A DNA stretch of 64,000 nt. Origin: Antedon mediterranea. Lineage: Eukaryota; Animalia; Echinodermata. Positions 43,809 through 56,832 of this stretch are shown here, in pieces (positions within the stretch are counted from its first letter, which is position 1; every line of letters begins with the position of its first letter). The notes under the pieces were generated by a model. That model did not search any database, was not told the origin of the DNA, and saw nothing but the letters and a program-made list of their open reading frames with translations. A program made the position numbers and the translations under genes. The DNA lies in assembly GCF_964355755.1 (NCBI RefSeq), contig NC_092670.1, forward strand, positions 21,810,795 to 21,874,794, in the 5' to 3' direction.

Positions 43809-44319
43809 TCATTCTTTTTGCTGCTTTTTTTTCCTCTCTTGACGAAGGCGACGGATGGCAACCATAGCCGATTTCCATTCTTTAAAAGTCACATCAGATG
43901 TTGCAGCACAATACCAATTTCCATAGTACTGAGTGTGGTTCTTATTTAATCTTGGTTGCTTACACTTTGAGCACACAATCGCAGACGTTCTTGGTTTGTA
44001 TATTTTGATCGGTTTCCCTTCCGATATGTCTTTAGCCACTCGTTTTCTGTACAAGAGGGTAGTTCTAGGAATACGAGTACTGCTAGCCTCAGGGACTGAT
44101 GGTGGTGGTTTTGCTATCTCGCCAGGAACTGGGATCGACGGTCTGTTTCCTAGAGTCGCTAGGCCGGAAGTGTTTTTCGGTAGGACAAATGTGAAAGATG
44201 GAGCGCTTGTATGAACGTTTAGCACCGCTGGCTTGGTTAAAGGTTCAAGTTTGGGTATTGTTGCTGAGATGCCAGATTCCAACACTTGCCGCTCTTGCTT
44301 CTTTGACGTTCTGTTGTAC
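43809..44319 (-). CDS. Terminal exon of the same protein, with C-terminal C-x2-C..H..C putative zinc finger and basic tail
   Basis: aacag|(W)YNRTSKKQERQVLESG...CSKCKQPRLNKNHTQYYGNWYC...EWK...RKKKQQKE*; phase 2. Confidence 0.65.
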
Positions 44320-44408
44320 CTGTTGAAAATAAATCAAACACAGTATTTATAAACTTTAATGTATTTACTGTAGCGTAAAATAACAATCAATAACAAGTAA
44401 AAACTCAC

Positions 44409-44657
44409 CACTGGATGAGTGTCGTACGATTTATCTCCATCAACTGAAGCTTAGCAAACAACATCAGGTGTCCATTCGATAGCACTTTCCGACGAATGTT
44501 CTTGTAGCCTTTGGTAATGAGCGGCCAGCGCTGGAAACGTTTACCTTCGATAGATACGGTAGATGGATACGCTTCACATAGTTTTGTAATAATGCACTCC
44601 ATATATCGATTGCAGTCCGGCCACTGAGCTGGCCCGGTGTTCTGACCTAAGAAGCAT
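44409..44657 (-). CDS. Middle exon of the same uncharacterised protein
   Basis: aag|(R)CFLGQNTGPAQWPDCNR...LQLMEINRTTLIQ(W)|gtgagt; phase 2-2 matches both neighbours. Confidence 0.65.
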
Positions 44658-44738
44658 CTTTTTAAAAAAAAACAAAGAAACAAGTTAGATTTAAGACACA
44701 TCATGCAACAAAGTAAAAAACGCTGGAAACTGCCTTAC

Positions 44739-44923
44739 CGTCGAGTGCTTTCGACACCAGGTATTACGGAAGTAGTTTTACTTTTCTTGAACCTGCCTTT
44801 CGTCAGGTAATCTTGATGCCGTGCTTTGCGCTTAATGGTTTTGTCATAAGCATCCAGGTTGTTCCACAACTTTGCGACATGTTCAGCATGACTTTGACTT
44901 ATCACTCCACTGTCTTCCTTAAA
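44739..44923 (-). CDS. 5'-truncated exon of an uncharacterised, probably transposon-encoded protein
   Basis: Open frame FKEDSGVISQ..KLWNNLDAYDK...ARHQDYLTKGRFKKSK...PGVESTR|gtaagg; upstream it runs directly into the satellite. Confidence 0.6.
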
Positions 44924-44924
44924 C

Positions 44925-47900
44925 TGTCAAAAAATAAAAGGGTCGGAAATCGGCCATGTTTCGAAAATTTCCCTGTACTATAGTACAGTACAGGGATTTT
45001 TCAAAAAATGGCAAATTTTCGACCTTTTTATTTTTCGATAAAACTGGTTACTATAGCACAATTGACATGCGCAGAATCCATTATTCGACTCTGCGCATGT
45101 TTATTATGCAATAGTAACCATTTACGTCAAAAAATAAAAGGGTCGAAAATCGGCCATGTTTCGAAAATTTCCCTGTACTATATATAGTACAGGGATTTTT
45201 CAAAAAAATTGCCAATTTTCGACCTTTTTATTTTTCGATAAAACTGGTTACTATAGCACAATTGACATGCGCAGAACTCATTATTCGCCTCTGCGCATGT
45301 TTATTATGCTATAGTAACCATTTATATCAAATATCGTCATGATAGCACAACTGACATGCGCAGAACACATTATTCGACTCTGCGAATGTTTATTATGCTA
45401 TAGTAACCATTTATGTCAAATATGGTTATGATAGCACAACTGACATGCGCAGAACCCATTATTCGCCTCTGCGCATGTTTATTATGCTATAGTAACCATT
45501 TATGTCAAATATGGTTATGATAGCACAACTGACATGCGCAGAACCCATTATTCAACTCTGCGCATGTTTATTATGCAATAGTTACCATTTATGTCAAAAA
45601 ATAAAAGGGTCGAAAATCGGCCATTTACGAAAATTTCCCTGTACTATAGTACAGGGATTTTTAAAAAAATTGCAAATTTTCGACCTTTTTATTTTTTGAT
45701 AAAACTGGTTACTATAGCACAATTGACATGCGCAGAATCCATTATTCGACTCTGCGCATGTTTATTATGCAATAGTAACCACTTATGTCAAATATGGTTA
45801 TGATAGCACAACTGACATGCGCAGAACCCATTATTCAACTCTGCGCATGTTTATTATGCAATAGTAACCATTTATGTCAAAAAATAAAACGGTCGAAAAT
45901 CGGCCATTTTACGAAAATTTCCCTGTACTATAGTACAGGGATTTTTCAAAAAATGGCAAATTTTCGATCTTTTTATTTTTCGATAAAACTGGTTACTATA
46001 GCACAATTGACATGCGCAGAATCCATTATTCGACTCTGCGCATGTTTATTATGCAATAGTAACCATTTACGTCAAAAAATAAAAGGGTCGAAAATCGGCC
46101 ATGTTTCGAAAATTTCCCTGTACTATATATAGTACAGGGATTTTTAAAAAAAATTGCCAATTTTCGACCTTTTTATTTTTCGATAAAACTGGTTACTATA
46201 GCACAATTGACATGCGCAGAACCCATTATTCGCCTCTGCGCATGTTTATTAGGCTATAATAACCATTTATGTCAAATATGGTTATGATAGCACAACTGAC
46301 ATGCGCAGAACACATTATTCGACTCTGCGCATGTTTATTATGCTATAGTAACCATTTATGTCAAATATGGTTATGATAGCACAACTGACATGCGCAGAAC
46401 CCATTATTCAACTCTGCGCATGTTTATTATGCAATAGTTACCATTTATGTCAAAAAATAAAAGGGTCGAAAATCGGCCATGTTTCGAAAATTTCCCTGTA
46501 CTATATATAGTACAGGGATTTTTCAAAAAAATTGCCAATTTTCGACCTTTTTATTTTTCGATAAAACTGGTTACTATAGCACAATTGACATGCGCAGAAC
46601 CCATTATTCGCCTCTGCGCATGTTTATTATGCTATAGTAACCATTTATGTCAAATATCGTCATGATAGCACAACTGACATGCGCAGAACACATTATTCGA
46701 CTCTGCGAATGTTTATTATGCTATAGTAACCATTTATGTCAAATATGGTTATGATAGCACAACTGACATGCGCAGAACCCATTATTCGCCTCTGCGCATG
46801 TTTATTATGCTATAGTAACCATTTATGTCAAATATGGTTATGATAGCACAACTGACATGCGCAGAACCCATTATTCAACTCTGCGCATGTTTATTATGCA
46901 ATAGTTACCATTTATGTCAAAAAATAAAAGGGTCGAAAATCGGCCATTTACGAAAATTTCCCTGTACTATAGTACAGGGATTTTTAAAAAAATTGCAAAT
47001 TTTCGACCTTTTTATTTTTTGATAAAACTGGTTACTATAGCACAATTGAAATGCGCAGAACCCATTATTCGGATCTGCATATGTTTATTATGCTATAGTA
47101 ACCATTTATGTCAAATATGGTTATGATAGCACAACTGACATGCGCATGAGAACCCATTATTCAACTCTGTGCATATTTATTATGCAATAGTAACCATTTA
47201 TGTCAAAAAATAAAAGGGTCGAAAATCGGCCATTTTTCTAAAATTTCCCTGTACTTTAGTACAGGGATTTTTCAAAAAATGGCAAATTTTCGACCTTTTT
47301 ATTTTTCGATAAAACTGGTTACTCATAGCACAATTGACATGCGCAGAATCCATTATTCGACTCTGCGCATGTTTATTATGCAATAGTTACCATTTACGTC
47401 AAAAAATAAAAGGGTTGAAAATCGGCCATGTTTCGAAAATTTCCCTGTACTATATATAGTACAGGGATTTTTCAAAAAAATTGCCAATTTTCGACCTTTT
47501 TATTTTTCGATAAAACTGGTTACTATAGCACAATTGACATGCGCAGAACCCATTATTCGCCTCTGCGAATGTTTATTATGCTATAGTAACCATTTATGTC
47601 AAATATGGTTATGATAGCACAACTGACATGCGCAGAACCCATTATTCGCCTCTGCGCATGTTTATTATGCTATAGTAACCATTTATGTCAAATATGGTTA
47701 TGATAGCACAACTGACATGCGCATGTTTATTATGCAATAGTAACCATTTATGTCAAAAAATAAAAGGGTCGAAAATCGGCCATTTTTCGAAAATTTCCCT
47801 GTACTATAGTACTGTACAGGGATTTTTCGAAAAATGGCAAATTTTCGACCTTTTTATTTTTCGATAAAACTGGTTACTATAGCAGAATTGAAATGCGCAG

Positions 47901-49227
47901 AACCCATTATTCGCCTCTGCATATGTTTATTATGCTATAGTAACCATTTATGTCAAATATGGTTATGATAGCACAACTGACATGCGCATGAGAACCCATT
48001 ATTCAACTCTGTGCATGTTTATTATGCAATAGTAACCATTTACGTCAAAAAATAAAACGGTTGAAAATTGGCCATGTTTCGAAAATTTCCCTAGTACAGG
48101 GATTTTTTTTTTAAATGGCCAATTTTCGACCTTTTTATTTTTCGATAAAACTGGTTACTATAGCACAATTGACATGCGCAGAACCCATTATTCGCCTCTG
48201 CATATGTTTATTATGCTATAGTAACCATTTATGTCAAAAAAAAGGGTCGAAAATCGGCCATTTTTCGAAAATGTTCATGTACCGGTACTGTAGTACAGGG
48301 ATTTGTCCAAAAATGGCAAATTTTCGACCTTTTTATTTTTCGATAAAACTGGTTACTATAGCACAATTGACATGCGCAGAACCCATTATTCGCCTCTGCG
48401 CATGTTTATTATGCTATAGTAACCATTTCTGTCAAATATGGTTATGATAGCACAACTGACATGCGCAGAACCCATTATTCAACTCTACGCATGTTTATTA
48501 TGCAATAGTTACCATTTATGTCAAAAAATAAAAGGGTCGAAAATCGGCCATTTTACGAAAATTTCCCTGTACTATAGTACAGGGATTTTTCAAAAAATGG
48601 CCAATTTTCGACCTTTTTATTTTTTGATAAAACTGGTTACTATAGCACAATTGACATGCGCAGAATCCATTATTCGACTCTGCGCATGTTTATTATGCAA
48701 TAGTAACCATTTCTGTCAAATATGGTTATGATAGCACAACTGACATGCGCAGAACCCATTATTCAACTCTGCGCATGTTTATTATGCAATAGCAACCATT
48801 TTACGAAAATTTCCCTGTACTATAGTACTGTCAGGGATTTTTCAAAAAATGGCAAATTTTCGACCTTTTTATTTTTCGATAAAACTGGTTACTATAGCAC
48901 AATTGACATGCGCAGAACCCATTATTCGCCTCTGCGCTTGTTTATTATGCTATAGTAACCATTTATGTCAAATATGGTTATGATAGCACAACTGAAATGC
49001 GCATAACCCATTATTCAACTCTGTGCATATTTATTATGCAATAGTAACCATTTATATCAAAAAATAAAAGGGTCGAAAATCGGCCATTTTTCGAAAATTT
49101 CCCTTTACAGGGATTTTTCAAAAAATGGCAAATTTCGACCTTTTTATTTTTCGATAAAACTGGTTACTATAGCACAATTGACATGCGCAGAATCCATTAT
49201 TCGACTCTGCGCATGTTTATTATGCTA
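44925..49227. repeat. Palindrome-rich composite satellite with higher-order structure
   Basis: An ~89-bp unit A (ACATGCGCAG..CTGCGCATGT hairpin) is interspersed with a longer foldback unit B centred on CCCTGTACTATAGTACAGGG. Identical spurious ORFs at 45502 and 46825 show a 1323-bp higher-order duplication. Confidence 0.95.
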
Positions 49228-50739
49228 ATCAAAATAATATTATCTACACACGTGAAGAGCTAAAACAAGAACACGTTTTGTTGATTATCTCAAAACTTTT
49301 CTTTATGCAGTTTAGTCGTTCTTTCATGGGCAAATTTCTTGCCATAACTAGTTACTATGGCTCTATAAAATGATAACACAATGCGCATATATGACAATAT
49401 TATCACATAATTATTGAATTTTAAAAAGTGGATATTTTGGCAATTTCTGTAAAATAATTTGCAAATTTCCAAAAAATGTACTATATAGTGCCATAGTAAC
49501 AATTATGTCAACGATAAAATGATAGATGAAGACTTAAAATTAAATAATTATACTATATATGCATGTACACATAGCAAATAATTATTTTTATTTACTATAA
49601 CATTTATTTAATACAATAACAAGGCTACATTTGGTCACATTATTCTAAAATAAATGAAGCCAACATAATAGGTTATACATATAATGCACTACATAATTAA
49701 GTGCTCCAAATTCAATGCATTATAAATAAAATACAAATTAATATATTACAGAAAAAATATAAACAAAAATAACATATGTTCATGACTACAATAAAATAAT
49801 ATTACTAAACTATATGTAAGATTCCATAAAGGAAATTCCTAGTGGGAAATCCCAAAGTTATGGTGATTCTTTACATACGTTAGTAATACTAACTGCCTGG
49901 GTATAACACTTAAATAAATAATGTTTACACAACCTACAATAGAAATGTTAATGTTAATTATGAGGTTTACAGAGACGCGTTATCGAATTAAGAAAGTAAT
50001 GAAAGATATTTCTTAACCATTAATCTGGTAGAATCCATACTTTGAAATGCAAAACAACCGCATACAGAATATGTTCTCTTATATGTTTGTAGTCATGGCA
50101 ATAAACAGTTATTATATCTCTTTTATTATATAGTTGCAAATAAAATAGCAGCAAAATAATATATTCTACATTCTATTGGATACAAAATATTAATAGAGTA
50201 CTATATATAATATGTATTAAGTAAAAAAATGGCAAAACAAACAATGAAAAATAAATAAAAAGAATTGACACAGATGAAGTAGACTCCTCCAATACAATAC
50301 TATCTCCCAAAACTTTGCTTGAGGTCTAAAACTCCACAAATTCTTATTCACATTTTGAATACAGTACCAGATGCATGTCAGAATATCTGACATATTAGGC
50401 AAGCATCTTATAATAACCTTAAATTAATTGATTTTAACTTAACTATGTTGATGCCTTGAATTTATTATAAAGGAGATTTAAATAATTTTTAAGAATTCAA
50501 ATTTTTAGATTATTCACAATTTCATCTTTAAACCCTAAAAACTCAATCAGAATTTTAGCAATATAATAAATTTTCTTATCATTATTGTATGGTCATTCAT
50601 TTTCCCCATCTTAGGATATATAAATATCACCTAAACAGATGGATAGTTTATAAACAATTTTACTAGAAAAAAGTACAAATATATTTATTTATCTTGCAAA
50701 AATTCACTTATTATTTACTAAATCTACTCAATATTGAAT

Positions 50740-50909
50740 TTAGCAAGCGCTTTCATCAATATCTTTCTTTACTGTTTTACGCGCTTGTAGTCGTTCAAAA
50801 CGGAAGTTCTCGTAGTGTATGCTATGTGTAACTTCCTTTAAGTCTTGCAGGTGAGTGCGGATTAACATGTCACGAAGGTCGGGAAACTCGCAGTGATGCC
50901 GATTTTCAA
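50740..50909 (-). CDS. SEPT9: Septin last exon
   Basis: [41 protein letters not shown]...DESAC*; no C-terminal coiled coil, consistent with the SEPT3/9/12 subgroup. Confidence 0.93.
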
Positions 50910-50935
50910 CTAAAAAGAAATGGAAAAGACATTAA

Positions 50936-51048
50936 ATGATAAGTACATATTATGATAGTGATGATGACAATGATAATATGGTGATAAACACAACGATAAT
51001 GATAATGATGATGATAATGATAACAATGGTGATGCAGACAATGATAAT
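50936..51048. repeat. (ATG/ATA/ACA)n cryptic trinucleotide repeat, left part
   Basis: GATAATGATGAC-type triplet run continuing after the transposon at 53042. Confidence 0.85.
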
Positions 51049-53041
51049 AGGTATCCCAACGAAAAAATTCAGATTAATTTTTTTACTTTTTCTTTCAGTT
51101 AACCATAAAGAACTTAATGTAATTAGCATTTTGCAATTTAAATGATTGAAATCCGATTACCCGTTCTAAAGTTATGGTTATTTAGAGTGGTAAAAAATAT
51201 ACGATTTTTTGCCTAAAAATTGTGTTTTTTGCAGTTAAAATTGGAAGCATTTTTAAAAGGTTATAACTTTTACAATAATTAGTTAAAAGTTTTGAATTTT
51301 GTTAAACCTATAGATATCACAGAGTTGTACAACTCTATTTTTTTTGGAGCCTCAACGAAACCTATTTTTAAAATTATTGGTCCGCAAAGTGGTAGGAAAG
51401 CATTTAGCGCCCATTTTTGCTGGAATTCCCTAAAAAAATGTGAAAACTGCAATTTTTCAATGATCTGTAACTTTTGAACTACTGTACTAATTCATTTAAT
51501 TTTTTTTGTACTTGTTAGAATGTAGTGTATATTTCATTAATAAATATATTTTAGATGTGTATATAAAAAAAAATATTTTTTAATGGTGAAATTTAAAATT
51601 AACAAAAAAAAAATTAAAAAGTATGTTAAAAACTGTGTGTACTGTTTCCTTTCTTTTACACAAATTTTCGGTAAGTATAATTATTAGAATATTTTAATAT
51701 ACTTTATATTTATAATTTCAATCATAAATACTATTATATATAACTTTTGAATACGTAAAACAAGATTTTAGGCCCGTATGATTATGACACCAAATCTAAG
51801 CTGGGCTAACTGCTAAGATATGCTCTTTTAAGGCAAACACATAATGGGTCAAAATAAACTCATTTAAAATAATCAATGTTAATTTAAACAATTAATTGTT
51901 TACCTGAATAGTATATATAACATTATAAAAATTGTTTTCTTTTGTATTTCTAACCGTAAGTACGTTATTAAATTGAAATACGGAGCTAAAGTTTAGGCCA
52001 AGTCACGGCTTACTCGCGATCAGCAGTCGCTCCCGTTAAAGTATTTCGGTCGCAGTTAATGACTTTCGACCGCCGTATACAGAGTCAAATGTAACGTTGG
52101 TAAATTAGCTTAATAAATTTCTTCGGTACATTTTAACCTAACGCATTTGCATTGTATACTTGCATAATAAATCTTCCGCACATTACATCAATTTTAAGTT
52201 GTTAAATTAATGTGTAAAACCAGATATTCTACGACGGAATATGTCAATCTCCAACATCCCTGCTGTCACACATCTCGCGTCGAGCCGGCCGAAGTCGAGC
52301 GAGGAAAACTAAACAACGTGTTCAAAATATGGAACGTACCATTCGCTGATAGGGTGCATTGATGTATTAAACGGAAAACGTCACAACAAACTAGCGCGTA
52401 CTTTACAGTACAATATTTTACTCACTACAATATTCACCGGATTATAATGGTTCAATCTTCAAAATTGTGAACGGGATTTACGCCTCATGCACCATTTTAA
52501 AATGTAGTTCGCACAATTACCATGAACAATACGTTTGTAATCTATGTTTTATCAATTTCAATGTAGATTTAGCTATAATTTAATACCAAAATCCATAAAA
52601 TTTTTCCATAAACGGTGATTCAAAATTGGGTTTTTGTTACCAAAATTGATCTTTCGTTACGAAAAACCTATTTATAGAAGACGATTTTCACATCAAATTA
52701 AAGCTCATTTAAAGCCTGATAACATACAACAAAAATTAATCCGCTAGCTTCAATGGTAATCGTGCGATCGTGTTTTGAAAATTGATGGGGATTTTCCGAT
52801 GAGGTTTTCAACGCGCGGAAATCGGCTCGACGGGATTTCCGAACAGTTTTAAAATTGCATTTTCTCGGCAACTACTTCATTAATTTTAATTGTAAACACA
52901 CTTATACATAGATTAAAACAAGTACTTTCAAACAATATAAATTTTTTAAGTATTAATTAAGAGTCAAAGTCATACTACTTATTCGAATTTTTTTAATATT
53001 TCAAAAGTGATACCCCTCTGTACGCTTTCATTGGGATACCT
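51049..53041. mobile_element. ~2-kb non-autonomous DNA transposon in septin intron 7
   Basis: TIR AGGTATCCCAA(C/T)GAAA at both ends; flanked by AATGATAAT on both sides (TSD length ambiguous because it sits in a microsatellite). Confidence 0.82.
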
Positions 53042-54312
53042 AATGATAATGATAACAATGGTGGTGATGATGACAATGATAATGATGACAATGATAATGA
53101 TGACAATGATAATGATGACAATGATAATGATGACAATGATAATGATGACAATGATAATGATGACAATGATAATGATGACAATGATAATGAGAATTGTGAT
53201 ATCACAATGGTAATGACAATAGTGATGACATTGATAATGATGAGGGGTGATGATCACAATGATGATGACGATAATAGTGATGATGACAATGATAATGACG
53301 AAAATAGCGATGATCACAATAATGATGATGTAATTACGGTTTCTGTTTATATATTTTTGTTCTCTAATTTGTTATTTTTAAAATTTATTTTAAAATTTGT
53401 ATTGTATTACTGTTAGTTGATCACGGCCTTGTAGAAGAACACCTTTATGGTGAAACAAGCTTTTCCGTGTTAAAATATAGTATTTATTATTATTATTATG
53501 ATCACTTTATGTCAATGGTAACCATGGTGATGACAATGATAATGATGACAATGGTGATAATGGTGATAATAATAATGATGACAATGATAATGTTATAATG
53601 ACAATGATAATGCTATAATGACAATGACGATGATCACAATGATAATGAAAATGGTTATAATAATGATGACAATGATAATGACAATGGTGATGTTCACAAT
53701 AATAATGACAATGGTGAGGATCACAATGATGATGATGACAATTGATAATGATGACAATGATAATGATGACAATAGTGATGACAATAATGACAATGGTGAT
53801 GATAATGATGACAATGGTGATTATAATGATGACAATGATAATGACAACAAATATTGACAATGGTAATGGTCACAATGATTATGAAAACAGTGATGACAAT
53901 GGTGATGATCACAATTGATAATGATGACAATGATAATGATGACGACAAGTGATGATCACAATGATAATGACAATGGGGATGATCACAATGATAATGACAA
54001 TGGGGATGATCCCAATGATAGTGAAAACAGTGATAACAATGATGATGACAATGGTGATGATCACAATTGATAATGATGACAATGCTGATGATGACAATGA
54101 TAATGACAAGTGATGATCACAATGATAATGACAATGGTGATATCACAATGATAATGACAATAGTGATGACAATGGTGATGAAAATGATGACAATGGTGAT
54201 TAAAATGGCAATGGTGATGATCACAATAATAATGATCACAATGGTATGATCACAATGATGATAACAATGGTGGTGATAACAATGGTGGTGATCACAATGA
54301 TGATAACAATGA
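53042..54312. repeat. (ATG/ATA/ACA)n cryptic trinucleotide repeat incl. a 15-bp ACAATGATAATGATG array
   Basis: Two blocks, 53042-53331 and ~53505-54312; source of the many Ile/Met/Asp-rich spurious ORFs. Confidence 0.92.
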
Positions 54313-54508
54313 CTTGGCTGTTAAGCATTATATTTTACTATTTTGAGCATGGAGTTACTACTAACAACCAAGCTTCCATTAGTTAATGTTAATTAATGTT
54401 TACTATACTTAAAGAATGAAAAAAGATTTTCTGTTAAGCACAAAGGTTTCCGAATGAAATACACTAAATAGTAAGTACATGTTGGACTATATTTATACAA
54501 TAACTCAC

Positions 54509-54605
54509 CTTCAATTAGTCCCCAGTTTGTTTTTCTACCAAGCACTTCCTTGCCTTCAACTTTATGTGCCTTGTCACTGCCAACTACAGCAAACGGCATT
54601 TTTTC
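54509..54605 (-). CDS. SEPT9: Septin exon 7 (septin unique element)
   Basis: EKMPFAVVGSD...GKEVLGRKTNWGLIE|gtgagt; phase 0-1. Confidence 0.93.
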
Positions 54606-54813
54606 CTAAAAATTACAAACAGAATATAAAATATTTTATACAGCAGGTAAAGTATACAAAAACAATATAAATAGGGGTTACAGTAATCATTTAATATGTT
54701 TAGCTATTCATATATTGCCACTGGTACGTTTCATGAGAAAGAGTCCTCTTAATAGGGGTTCTTCTATACCCAAATACTTGCATACTATTACAGGTAGTGA
54801 TTGTTGTTCTTAC

Positions 54814-54909
54814 TCTGAGGGCAGCATTAATGGCCGAGTCTTCTGCATCTACATCCAGGTCCTTCATTGGGTAAGTGCTTACTTTCTCAGAATTCAATTC
54901 ATCTCTTAT
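54814..54909 (-). CDS. SEPT9: Septin exon 6
   Basis: IRDELNSEKVSTYPMKDLDVDAEDSAINAALR|gtaaga; phase 0-0. Confidence 0.9.
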
Positions 54910-55035
54910 CTATATAAAAAAAATTCATTTTTATTATCTTCAAAGAATCAATCTTGCGTAATGTCATGCACACAAAACATGTCATCCAACATCCAACGGA
55001 GGAGGAAATGCATCTTTGTACAGAGAGGTCTTTAA

Positions 55036-55361
55036 AGATGTATTGTCCCCAAAAATCATGAAAAATAAAGATTTTTAAAATCGGACTTTGAATAGGCCAT
55101 TTTGCAGTTTTAATGAAGTTGTTCACTTCCATAAGAAAAAAAACGGGGGGAAAAAATTATTTCACCTATAAAAAGACTAAATAAACAGTTAAATTATCCA
55201 AAAACTAATTATTTTTTGCTTTAAATTACATTTTTCTCAGGTAAATAAAATTTTTTCAGACCCAATTTTTTGTGAGAGTGAATAACTATTATGTGACATT
55301 AAAATAACATATTCAACAAAAAAATTTTTTAAAATATTTTTTTTAGGGGGACAATATATCT
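55036..55361. mobile_element. MITE family B (Kolobok-like, TTAA TSD)
   Basis: TTAA-AGATGTATTGTCCCC ... GGGGACAATATATCT-TTAA. Confidence 0.85.
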
Positions 55362-55422
55362 TTAATTAGTAATGTATGTTTTATGATGTATGTATTGTGT
55401 TTCCAAAAAGAAAATACAGTAA

Positions 55423-55508
55423 ACCTCTGTCTACACTATCAAACTTTATGTGCCAAAAAACATGTGATGTGCCCATATATGGACTAGTTTGATACTGTGG
55501 ACAGAGCT
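55423..55508. mobile_element. MITE family A, copy 4 (short)
   Basis: CTCTGTCTACACTATCAAACT ... AGTTTGATACTGTGGACAGAGCT. Confidence 0.7.
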
Positions 55509-55859
55509 TTAAGTTCAGTATGACTTTGGTTGTTGCTAGAAAGAGGAGTAATGTAGAAACAGAAACATACAAATATAGGTGTAATATTTTGCAACCTAAA
55601 GGCCAATTTACACAGAAGAGCAGTAATGGTAAAAAAATATAGAATCTATGTTATTCTTTATGACCATTTACACACAACGTGGAGCGGACAGGCGGGTGGG
55701 TTCTTTCCGCCCAGGACAGATACAGATTTTATGTGGGAGAAGCTATGCGGTTTTCCGCTTACCGTTAAAGTTCGTCTGTGTAAACTTGCCTTTACTCTAT
55801 ATTACATTAAATATTAAGGTTTAATTTGTTGTATTTATTGATGTGTTTTATCTATTTAC

Positions 55860-55977
55860 CCTTTTCTTAAACGCATCCCTTTCCTCAACAGTGAGTGTGT
55901 CTGACTTTGCTATCACTGGTACAATGTTTACTATCTTGTCAAGTCGTTTCATAAACTCTACGTCCAATGGTTTCAAA
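55860..55977 (-). CDS. SEPT9: Septin exon 5 (G4 AKSD motif)
   Basis: [40 protein letters not shown]|gtaaat; phase 2-0. Confidence 0.94.
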
Positions 55978-56440
55978 CTGAAATGATAAAGTAAACAAGT
56001 CACATAAAAGGTGAAAAACAAATGGACAACATTTAAAATTTTAATTAAGATGCTAAGAGATTAAAAAATGTTTAATTACTTTGTTAATCTTCAGTGTGTA
56101 GGCCTAAGCTGAGTCGGGCCTACAGCTTTGTGCCTTTCAATTGATTTTGAATTTATTAGGAAAATCATCATAAACAATATACAAAGCTTATAACATAAAT
56201 AGCTGACATCACAAATAAATACATTTATAAAAGATTTTCCAGGATAGCCCAAAAAGCTTATTATTTATTTCCATTGGGATCCTATAGTTATACTTTTCTT
56301 GTATCCTTTATTTAAACATTATGTAAACATTTATTGGAACATATTTCATTATTTATCATCTTCTTTATTAACAATATTATTAACTAACATAATTTAATTC
56401 ATTCTGCACACATTCTGCAGTAACTGCAGTAATTATTCAC

Positions 56441-56578
56441 CTGTGACCTGTGGGTGCAATGAAGTAGAGACAACAATGTACTCTGGTGTCTGGAATGTGT
56501 TTCTTTCGACTTGTGTTAATTTCTTCTGACAAATATTTCTCATATTGATCGTTAATGTATTCTATTATGGGCAACCAA
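56441..56578 (-). CDS. SEPT9: Septin exon 4
   Basis: CWLPIIEYINDQYEKYLSEEIN..RKKHIPDTRVHCCLYFIAPTGH|gtgaat; phase 2-2. Confidence 0.94.
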
Positions 56579-56832
56579 CTATAGAAAAAAAAGTGATTTC
56601 ATTATTAAAACATCATAATTAAATTAAATAAAATATTATGCATATGTTCTTTCAAGAGGGAAGTATAGACAAAGGATTAGGTTCAGGAACAAAAAAGTCT
56701 TACTTACTCTTTATACGATAATAATCTATGAATATTCATTAATGGCCATAATGACACCTATCTACTATGAATAGGGTGTCTCTGTATATAGGCATATCCA
56801 TTTAATTTAGATTCTCTTCACCTTTGTTTATT

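Noticed and set aside
45502-48955. Many similar Cys-rich ORFs in the ORF track
   Set aside because: Translations of satellite units with frequent frameshifts; no coding structure
51318-51339. AGAGTTGTACAACTCT palindrome similar to the footprint family
   Set aside because: No flanking 7-bp duplication and degenerate ends; lies inside another transposon
52979-54249. Ile/Met/His/Asp-rich ORFs on both strands
   Set aside because: Artefacts of the trinucleotide-type repeat in septin intron 7
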